Assembly (NCBI GenBank): GCA_027487795.1
Contig: JAIYCX010000013.1
Coordinates: 6,148 to 70,147, forward strand
Origin: Pseudomonadota bacterium
Lineage (GTDB): Bacteria; Bdellovibrionota_C; UBA2361; SZUA-149; DAOLCO01
DNA length: 64,000 bases
Direction of reading: 5' to 3'
This document shows positions 1 through 7,804 of the stretch, in pieces. The position numbers and the translations under genes were made by a program. How positions within the stretch are numbered: the first letter of the stretch is position 1; each line of letters begins with the position of its first letter. Under the pieces are notes generated by a model. The model searched no databases and was not told where the DNA came from. It worked only from the letters and a program-made list of their open reading frames with translations.

Positions 1-294
1 AAGCGCAGTGATGACGATTACTGGTACGCAATCTCCAATTTCAATCGCCTTAATAAAAAATAAAGTACCAACAAATGCCGACATCCCAGCTCCAATTGCA
101 CATGTAGAGGCAAACATATCGTAATCAATCTTTCCTCGAATTTTAACCAACAGAAAAATTGCAACCAAAATGGTTCCAATACATTCATAAATCAAAAAAC
201 TTTCCGGTGAAATCTTTTTTGAAACAAGCTTAGGAAGAAAACCCCAAACTCCCCAAAAAAAAGTCGCAATCAATGCGTATACTAACCACCTCAT
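1..294 (-). CDS. EamA/DMT-family small membrane transporter, 3' end runs off the window
   Basis: Not in the ORF track. Manual translation from ATG at 294 gives MRWLVYALIATFFWGVWGFLPKLVSK...GTLFFIKAIEIGDCVPVIVITAL, open to base 1; hydrophobic EamA-like pattern. Confidence 0.75.
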   Translation of the reverse strand, partial: MRWLVYALIATFFWGVWGFLPKLVSKKISPESFLIYECIGTILVAIFLLVKIRGKIDYDMFASTCAIGAGMSAFVGTLFFIKAIEIGDCVPVIVITAL

Positions 295-718
295 GGGAGA
301 TTCCTTAAACGAAGGTGAAAAAAACCTTAGGTACTACTCTAAGTTATAGTTAACATAGATATGTTAAAAAAACTAGTGAGGTAAGATTATTTGAGACACT
401 ATTAAAATTGGTACTACCTCTTTTTATTTCAAATAAAAAACTAATAATTATTAGAAGTTAAGCTTTGCAACAGCTCCTGACGAGAGAATTACTTCAAGCA
501 AATAATATTTTCAAAAATACTATTTTGAAAAAGTGGCAAAAGCTCTTCACTCCGCAACGAGCACAGAGAATCTTTCTGTATTGACTGATATACAGAACCC
601 GATTTTGAATAACTCAATTGAAACCCTGAACCTCAGTGTCAGGGCACGTAAAGGTCTGATTAGAATAAAAGTGAAGATATTCTAAAAAGAGGCTGGTACA
701 GAAAAATCTGTTCCATTC

Positions 719-1972
719 TTACTTCTTACTACTTGCAGATAAAGCTTCTATATAATCACTAACTACCGCAAGGACACGATCTCCAGCTTCTTCGGAAAAA
801 TGATCTGCCCGATGTCCCTTTTCAGTTGCCTGAACTACTAAGCTAGATGCATGCTCCTTTGAAATACCAGAAGCACCAATCTGATTTTCAAAAATAGAGC
901 TTGCATTCTCTGGACTAGCAGCATGCAACTTCTCATTTATCTTAATCAAATTTTCAGCGCTAGCTTTCTTTATTACTTCTAAAGTAGCACTTTCATATTT
1001 ACTGGCTAAATCTGATACCTCTTTGCGAAAATTTTTATCAAAAAATAGCTCTTTCTTTAACTTATCCGCGGCAACTCCCGCTGTTTTTAATTCTGCGGCT
1101 TTTACTGCTGAAGCGTTAGAAAAGCTTTCTGCCGCCAAAAATTTCTTTTCATCTAAAGGTATTCCCGCATTTTTCGCAGCTTTAAGAAAAGCTTCTCCCA
1201 TCATACACTGAATTTCATTAATTGCATGTAAATCAAAAGTCATTTTACCAAGTAGCGGAGGTTCTGCATTTTCAGGTCTTAGTTTTTCAAGCTGCGGTGC
1301 TATCAAATTCCTAGACTCTGCTAAGTCCTTTCTATTTCCACTAAATCTTGTTATTGAAAAATCTAATGCCTCTAGCGAATCAAAATCTTTATTCTTCACA
1401 GCTACGTCTATCATCTTTTTGACATCTGAGACTGGTATATTTTTAAATATTTTCTCCTGTTGAGCAAAGTAATCATTTCTCAATTCTACAGTGGTCTCTT
1501 GCAATATTGAGCTTTTCTCAACTGCTTCTATAACTTTTGGGTCAGCGCTATTACTATTCATATTCTTAGCGAAAGCCTCCGCTACCACATTTTTTGCAGT
1601 AGTAAACAATTTTAAGTTATCAGTCTTTCCTCTAATCGCTAAATAAAGATCTATGGTTTTTTCAGATGCCTGAGCTTGATCGCTCATTAACCGATTATGA
1701 ACTCGTGAAAGTCGCTCTCCTATTAACTCAGGTGCATTTTCAACAACTGCTGATAGGGAATCTTTAGTGATCTCACTAGAATTTTCTTTTTCCGAAGCTG
1801 CTAGTTTATTAAATATCTCTTTTTTACTAGCTTCACTGTTTTGAGAAGGCATTTTTAGGTTCTTAAATTCTTCAAAACTAATAGTACCGCTATTGTCTTT
1901 ATCTATTTTAGCAAATTGCTTATCTACTGATTTAGCTATCTGATTAACTGCTGCTTGAGATGGTCCGGACAT
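719..1972 (-). CDS. EF-hand calcium-binding domain protein with a helical body of unknown function
   Basis: Canonical EF-hand loop DKDNSGTISFEE near the N-terminus; 417-aa ORF. Confidence 0.7.
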   Translation of the reverse strand: MSGPSQAAVNQIAKSVDKQFAKIDKDNSGTISFEEFKNLKMPSQNSEASKKEIFNKLAASEKENSSEITKDSLSAVVENAPELIGERLSRVHNRLMSDQAQASEKTIDLYLAIRGKTDNLKLFTTAKNVVAEAFAKNMNSNSADPKVIEAVEKSSILQETTVELRNDYFAQQEKIFKNIPVSDVKKMIDVAVKNKDFDSLEALDFSITRFSGNRKDLAESRNLIAPQLEKLRPENAEPPLLGKMTFDLHAINEIQCMMGEAFLKAAKNAGIPLDEKKFLAAESFSNASAVKAAELKTAGVAADKLKKELFFDKNFRKEVSDLASKYESATLEVIKKASAENLIKINEKLHAASPENASSIFENQIGASGISKEHASSLVVQATEKGHRADHFSEEAGDRVLAVVSDYIEALSASSKK

Positions 1973-2438
1973 AAAAACCCTTTTTTGAAATTAACTTAAA
2001 CTTATTTGCCTATGCTCATTTGCCAGGCTTATATGATAGACGGCATATAAAAATAACTTGATCTGAATATCCACCTATCCCTATCTAGTATTATAAAGTA
2101 ATCGATTAGGTATGTGATTTAGAGTAAGGAAATAGCTATATGAACAATACTAGTATTCCGGCCCTCAGAGTATGTAGCTAGATCTTATTTTAATAGAGTT
2201 AAAGTAATTTAAAAGTATTTTGTTCAAATATAAATATGCAAGGTATTAAAATTATTCATTTTGCTTATTTATAAAAGAGGCTGGTACCGAAAAAAATAAT
2301 TGTTCATATTAAAAAAAGAGGCTACTGAAGAAAAAAATGTAAATAATATGGAAGAGCCGGAGAGCTCTGAGGTAAAAGAAAAAAAATCCTCCCAAGGATA
2401 AAATCCTTGTCCCGAAATGTCGCGAAACGAGAAAGCTA

Positions 2439-2930
2439 TTACTGTTGAACAATAGCGCTCATCGCTTCTTTAATATACTCTGTTTCTTGCTTCATTAACA
2501 ACTTCAAATCTGCATCTTTTACGATGTACATCGTGACTGTTTCTTCATCATCATACCATGCCATATCACCACTTTCATTGTCTGTAATTTCTCTCTCATA
2601 CACAACAAAATGATGTATTTCATCTATATATAGAAGGTTAAACCCAATCAAATTACAAAAAAGGGATCGGCTACGACGAACCTCTGTTCCTTGTTCGTCA
2701 TACTTAAAGATAAAGCATGTTTGATCAAAACGAAAAATAATTTTTCCTTGATCGTCATGAGCTGAAATGTAAACAGTTTCAGACTCATTGAAGCGCATAA
2801 TATTAATCGCACATCGTTGAAAGAACGCGCGATTAACCGTTTCAATTTTCTCGATTTTCTGAACTTGACTTCCGTAGCCTAAATTCAGAAGACTTCGATC
2901 AAAAGCTCTCATTAAAGAATCGTGGGACAT
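2439..2930 (-). CDS. Hypothetical protein
   Basis: ORF track gives 2439-2996; the more likely start is ATG at 2930 (MSHDSL), preceded by GAGGAAAAA. Confidence 0.55.
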   Translation of the reverse strand: MSHDSLMRAFDRSLLNLGYGSQVQKIEKIETVNRAFFQRCAINIMRFNESETVYISAHDDQGKIIFRFDQTCFIFKYDEQGTEVRRSRSLFCNLIGFNLLYIDEIHHFVVYEREITDNESGDMAWYDDEETVTMYIVKDADLKLLMKQETEYIKEAMSAIVQQ

Positions 2931-3411
2931 TTTTTCCTCGAAAAAAAAGGGACTAAGGTGGTTGTTACTAGACTTTTTTAGTCTAGCAACAACCACAAAA
3001 TGACAAAACCTTACTCAAAGCTTCTCCGCAGACTCTTGCTAAAGCTTAGACCTTAGCGAGCACCTGCGGATATCATCTACAATTAACAATAAATAAAAGA
3101 ACTATTTTGGTTATGGATCACTACAGTAGAACGGAAACATTTGCAGCTAGTTGTTAATTTATCAGATAGAGATAAATAGTAGGCTTGATTAAATCTTATA
3201 GCTCGCAGATTTGTAACTAACTGTATTCACTTACAAACACGCTAAACTTCAACCAGCTTTTTATCGATATTCTAGAGGAAGTTACTAGCAGAGATATACC
3301 AAACAAAATAACTGTATCACCTGAAAATCTGAGAATATTTTGCGATAACAAATAGGAGTACAAGTAGCATTTTAAAGATATGGTAATATATGTATAAGTA
3401 TGGTATTATAA

Positions 3412-3693
3412 ATGAACTTTGAGTGGGATCTCAGTAAAGATTTAGAGAATCAGAGTAAGCATAAATTTAGTTTTAATGACGCTATAGAGGCATTTTATGA
3501 TAAACTAGGTTTTGTTTTAGAAGATTCTAAACATTCAAACTTGGAAAATAGATATTATTGGGTCGGTAAAAATAAAAAAGGGGTCGTCCTGACTGTTCGT
3601 TTCGTAAGACGTAAAAATACAATACGAATATTCGGATGCGCACACTGGAGAGAATTTAAGGAAATCTATTATGAAAAAACCAAAAATAAGTAA
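3412..3693 (+). CDS. brnT: BrnT-family type II toxin
   Basis: MNFEWD..K...N..KH..SF, E.R...VG, VRF..R...IRIF pattern; overlaps the downstream antitoxin. Confidence 0.85.
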   Translation: MNFEWDLSKDLENQSKHKFSFNDAIEAFYDKLGFVLEDSKHSNLENRYYWVGKNKKGVVLTVRFVRRKNTIRIFGCAHWREFKEIYYEKTKNK

Positions 3694-3949
3694 TTTAAAA
3701 CCAAATAACCAAGAAACTAAAAAGATTATATTAGCTCGAAAAAATACTTCTAGTACTAAAATAACTATAAATATAGACAATGATCTCTTAGTTAAAGTTA
3801 AAAACATCTCAAACGAAACAGACATCCCTTATCAAAGACTTATTAACAAACTCCTAAGAGAAAACTTAGTAGAAGCATCTTCTCTTAATAAACGCTTAAA
3901 TAATCTAGAAAAGGAAATACAAAAAGTTAAGAAAAAATTAGCGGCATAA
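3671..3949 (+). CDS. BrnA/CopG-like antitoxin
   Basis: TKITINIDNDLL...IPYQRLINKLLRE ribbon-helix-helix pattern, coupled to brnT. Confidence 0.8.
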   Translation: MKKPKISNLKPNNQETKKIILARKNTSSTKITINIDNDLLVKVKNISNETDIPYQRLINKLLRENLVEASSLNKRLNNLEKEIQKVKKKLAA

Positions 3950-4001
3950 TTAATTTAAATGAAGACTCTGTATCGTAGAGTCAGACGCTGCCATTACAGT
4001 T

Positions 4002-4337
4002 TTACCTATTGGGTTTTTTGATCAAATTGGGGTCACCTTTTGGGAAAAAGGTATAGGACAATCCAGATGAGCCCATTTGACTTTCCAATTTAAAGCCATT
4101 TACATGGCTCTTAATATAAGGGATCAAAATTGGAATATTCTCAACAATAGTCCAGCACCTATCTTCAAAGCAATACTGTGCAAGCCAAGAAAATCGAAGA
4201 CTAAGACCATGTTCAGAAAAAAAGACTTTTTCTATTTCGCCCCTTCTACCGTCACTACTAGTTCTATTCTGATTTACAGAATAAACCACCTGACCACCAA
4301 CAAGGTGATCAAATAAACCCGTAAAAAGTTCCTGCAT
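4002..4337 (-). CDS. Hypothetical protein
   Basis: 111-aa ORF with no recognised motif. Confidence 0.4.
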   Translation of the reverse strand: MQELFTGLFDHLVGGQVVYSVNQNRTSSDGRRGEIEKVFFSEHGLSLRFSWLAQYCFEDRCWTIVENIPILIPYIKSHVNGFKLESQMGSSGLSYTFFPKGDPNLIKKPNR

Positions 4338-4420
4338 AAACTTACCCTTTCATTGTAAGAGTTAGGAACAAAACACATAAGTTATTTACTATAATTCTTC
4401 TTATGTGACTTATACTTTCC

Positions 4421-4447
4421 CTGGATTCCTGCCTCCGCAGGAAAGAC
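4421..4447. repeat. REP-like palindromic element, single copy of the family clustered at 23.9-24.1 kb
   Basis: CTGGATTCCTGCCTCCGCAGGAAAGAC resembles CTGGGTCCCTGCCTTCGCAGGGATGAC at 24047; lies just downstream of the T4SS operon. Confidence 0.7.
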
Positions 4448-4504
4448 GAAATGTTTTTTGAAAAAGATTAGTAAAAATACTTGAATGTTGAAGAAGAATA
4501 AAAC

Positions 4505-5824
4505 CTATTCCCCTTTAGGCTTCTGCCCCATACCTTTTATAAGCTTCTCCAAAGCCACCGCTTCAGGCGAACCATCTGCTGATTTTAATTCCCCAAACGA
4601 CTCTAAATCCTGCTCCTGAGCTGCTGCCCGTCTTGCAGGCCTTTGCAGACTGCCTCTAGAAGTAGCTTTATTTTCTCGGATCCCACCCATTAACTCATTA
4701 GTTTTATTTCTAGAAATACTAGGTACCTGTGGCTCTGGCTCTTTTAGATCAACTGCTGATCTTCTCATATCCGAATTCTGCCTTGATTCTAAGCCCTGAG
4801 TATTTTGAATATTCCTAACCGACTCTTGTCTTTTTTGACCCAGAACTCTTACATATTCAGAGTTTATATATGCACGTCCTCCTGTAGGAGAATTCACTCG
4901 CAGCCAAGAACCTTCACGAGCTTCTACTGTAAGTCTTGTACCTTTTTGTAAGTCCATGATAGCGGAATGTTCTGCACCTGGACCAACTCTTAGACTTACC
5001 TTATCAGCAGTAACTTCAACTACTGCTACATCTGCATTCAAATTAATATTTGAGGCCTGCACAGAAGATTGTGTATTGGTATTTACATTATTGTTGACTT
5101 GCTTAGCTGCTATTTGCTTTTCTTGATTTGGAACTTCTTTATTTTCTTGCCTAGTAGCACTTCTTTGCTGTGAGAGTAAATCCGCTGCTGTCTTCTTCAA
5201 TAATAACTGATTATTTAAAGACATAATCTCTTTTTCTAGTTCTGGTATTCTAAGAACTAACTTACTACTTTGATCAATCTGATCTAAACAAGCTCGCTCA
5301 GCTTTCTTTTTTGATTCTGCATCTAACTTTGCTTTTTGAACACTGGCTAAGGCTACTTTTAGATCTGAACTTTTTTGCTCTGCTTCTTTTTTTAATTTTT
5401 CAAGTTCTTCTTGTAGCTTTCTATTAACTTCTTTAGATTTTGAAATTTCATCTCTGATAAAAGATAGATCCATAGCTTCACTTGGACCTTTAGCTTTAAC
5501 TGAATTAATATTCAAGCAGCTAGTTTCTGATCTCTCACAGAACGAATGTAATTTTTGATATTTATCTCTGAGCTCTTTATACTTTGCTAATGCATTATCA
5601 CGATCAGCTTTTAATTTCGCATTCTCTTCTAATAAATCTTTTGTACTATCAAAAGAGTTAATGCTCTTACTATCTGCAACTATTAGGGTACTATCCTTCG
5701 CCTTAACTACATCAGCATAAGAAATTTTAGAGTAAGAAAAAATCGTAAAAGAACATAGAGCGCCGAAAAGTAAGGTCTTTATCGCTAGTTGTTTTTTACT
5801 AAAATTTTTAATGACCTTGGCCAT
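4505..5824 (-). CDS. Exported coiled-coil protein with a bacterial SH3 (SH3b) domain
   Basis: N-terminal hydrophobic segment, long coiled coil, and VSLRVGPGAEH...LQKGTRLTVEAREGSWLRV...GYI-type SH3b motif. Confidence 0.75.
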   Translation of the reverse strand: MAKVIKNFSKKQLAIKTLLFGALCSFTIFSYSKISYADVVKAKDSTLIVADSKSINSFDSTKDLLEENAKLKADRDNALAKYKELRDKYQKLHSFCERSETSCLNINSVKAKGPSEAMDLSFIRDEISKSKEVNRKLQEELEKLKKEAEQKSSDLKVALASVQKAKLDAESKKKAERACLDQIDQSSKLVLRIPELEKEIMSLNNQLLLKKTAADLLSQQRSATRQENKEVPNQEKQIAAKQVNNNVNTNTQSSVQASNINLNADVAVVEVTADKVSLRVGPGAEHSAIMDLQKGTRLTVEAREGSWLRVNSPTGGRAYINSEYVRVLGQKRQESVRNIQNTQGLESRQNSDMRRSAVDLKEPEPQVPSISRNKTNELMGGIRENKATSRGSLQRPARRAAAQEQDLESFGELKSADGSPEAVALEKLIKGMGQKPKGE

Positions 5825-5878
5825 TAACTCTAAACTCCTGAAATATTTGAGATTAAGATTTGAAACTACTATTAAATC

Positions 5879-6616
5879 CTAATCGCCTGTTACAGCCCCA
5901 TGTCTGGCTCCAGTGCCAGATTGCTTCAGTTCTTTCAGTCTTTTAGCTCGCTCTGAGTTAATCAGTTCCTGTATCTCCCTTGGACTACTAACACCTGTCA
6001 TAATAATTTCCGTTTCCTGACTCATAGCGCTACCTACTTTCACAGTACCAATACTTAGCATTCTTTCCCAAATATTTTGACTAGGCTCTACTCCTCGAAT
6101 ATCCTCCCAACGAAGTCTCGGCTGCCTTAAATTAAATGATACTAGCCCAATGTGAGCTTCTATTCCGCTATTATCAAAGCAATAAACAGAGTTATAAATA
6201 TTAATTAACACTTTTACTAAAAAGAAAGCCGGGACAAAAATAAGAAGTGGTAAATATAATACATACTCAGTTGATTCAGTAGAAAACAACTTCCCAGGTA
6301 GAATAAAGTATTGAGGCATTTCCCTTGATACCCAGATAGCTCCAATTCCACTGACATGGAACCATATTAAATTTAATAACTGAGATCTCCAAGTTGGGAA
6401 AAAAAAGAACTTTTTCTCTTCTAAGTTTAGTGGACTTTCTATCTCCTCAGGGTTTTCCCTAGGATTTTTAATGCTTTTCTTAGTACTTCCATGTTCATCT
6501 GCTTGAGAATGCGAACTAGACGCACCTCCAAAAACTTCATCTAGTGGGTATTGAGAATCAGAATCTAGATGATCAAAATCTATGTCTCCTAAGTCTTTAT
6601 CAGTATTTTTAGTCAT
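5879..6616 (-). CDS. Membrane protein with a bacterial PH (bPH_2/YdbS-like) domain
   Basis: Two TM segments, then IEAHIGLVS...RLRWEDIRGVEPSQNIWERMLSIGTVKV. Confidence 0.7.
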   Translation of the reverse strand: MTKNTDKDLGDIDFDHLDSDSQYPLDEVFGGASSSHSQADEHGSTKKSIKNPRENPEEIESPLNLEEKKFFFFPTWRSQLLNLIWFHVSGIGAIWVSREMPQYFILPGKLFSTESTEYVLYLPLLIFVPAFFLVKVLINIYNSVYCFDNSGIEAHIGLVSFNLRQPRLRWEDIRGVEPSQNIWERMLSIGTVKVGSAMSQETEIIMTGVSSPREIQELINSERAKRLKELKQSGTGARHGAVTGD

Positions 6617-6642
6617 TAGTTTTAAATTTATTATACTTAAAT

Positions 6643-7095
6643 CTACTTTGGATTTTTCCCTAGCCTTTCTTCAATTGCTAATAAAGGATCTCGCTCCTGC
6701 TTTTGAGAATTCTGAATAGCAACTCTATCTCTATTACTGAGTTGATCACCTCTTTGATTCTTAATCAACAAGTCTTTATTAATTGGCTCTAATTCACTAG
6801 CCTCTTCATTTGCAAATATCCTACCTCTCTCAAGAGTTGAGTCTTCCCTACTAGCTCTTTCCTTAGAAGGAGTAATTCCCAATACTTGCTCTGAATTTTT
6901 TCTCTTTATTCCAACAGCTTCTTCAGATTCACCGAAAGCACCAACTTTGCTAGGTGAGGGAAGTTTAGTTTCTATTTTCCCACCAGCAAGCACATACATA
7001 AATAAAAACGCAAGTACTAATCCAAGGGAACTTAAATTCCTCTTAGTAAATGCTGAAGAACATAATACAAAACCAAGTACTTTCTTAGCGTTCAT
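6643..7095 (-). CDS. Hypothetical single-pass membrane protein in the T4SS operon
   Basis: One TM segment; overlaps the neighbouring gene. Confidence 0.55.
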   Translation of the reverse strand: MNAKKVLGFVLCSSAFTKRNLSSLGLVLAFLFMYVLAGGKIETKLPSPSKVGAFGESEEAVGIKRKNSEQVLGITPSKERASREDSTLERGRIFANEEASELEPINKDLLIKNQRGDQLSNRDRVAIQNSQKQERDPLLAIEERLGKNPK

Positions 7096-7414
7096 TTTTT
7101 GTTTCTCCTCTTACTTCACTCGGTACTGACCTGCATGGTCTCCATTTACCTTGTTTAGACATCCTAATTGCTACATAAGACGGTTGATAATAAGTACGGT
7201 CTCCATTCAATCCCGGTCCATTATCTTGATACTCTACAACTGGCTCTTCCCAACAATAACGAACTACACCGGGTGGTATAACTGCTTGCTTATCATAACC
7301 TACATACACTGTTTGAATATTTTTGTCTTTTTCAAAATGACTAGCAGTACATCCAGTAAGTAATGTAACTAAGGTAGCTCCCAGTATAGAAAATATATAA
7401 CTTTTGGTTTTCAT
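7085..7414 (-). CDS. Lipoprotein, TraV-like paralog
   Basis: Lipobox LTGC; PG..R..W....G..Y..P.Y pattern similar to 7436-7801 and 11098-11631. Confidence 0.55.
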   Translation of the reverse strand: MKTKSYIFSILGATLVTLLTGCTASHFEKDKNIQTVYVGYDKQAVIPPGVVRYCWEEPVVEYQDNGPGLNGDRTYYQPSYVAIRMSKQGKWRPCRSVPSEVRGETKNER

Positions 7415-7435
7415 TTTATTTCCTTATTCCTTGCC

Positions 7436-7801
7436 TTATTCCCTTTCCCTGTAAACGCCGTCAGGATCAGGATACTGAGCCCTTTGATACTTTTCTGAAC
7501 GAATTTCCACTATGGTCTTATGAGGCATGCGGTAATAAACCCCCTTAGGATCTATGCTTCCTGGTACTTCTACATCTTGATGCATGACTTCTGCCCAAGG
7601 ACCAACTACAGTTCCCGGTACTGGTTCGTTCTCAAGTGGATTAACTGACTTTTGAACAATAACAGTTCTAGTCCCTGGAATCTTATTCCACATACCAGAG
7701 CAAGATGTCAGACTTAATACTGCTGCAAGCTCTACTAATAATAAAATAGAGATTTTTGAAGATAAGTTTTTATTTTTATTTTTCATATTATGATGCCACA
7801 T
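7436..7801 (-). CDS. Lipoprotein, TraV-like paralog
   Basis: Lipobox LTSC; VPG..DPKGVYYRMPHKTIVEI resembles the TraV C-terminal strand motif. Confidence 0.55.
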   Translation of the reverse strand: MWHHNMKNKNKNLSSKISILLLVELAAVLSLTSCSGMWNKIPGTRTVIVQKSVNPLENEPVPGTVVGPWAEVMHQDVEVPGSIDPKGVYYRMPHKTIVEIRSEKYQRAQYPDPDGVYRERE

Positions 7802-7804
7802 TAA

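Noticed and set aside
1-294. Frameshift in the EamA gene at the A-run near 55-64
   Set aside because: Careful retranslation keeps the frame open (GTLFFIKAIEIG).
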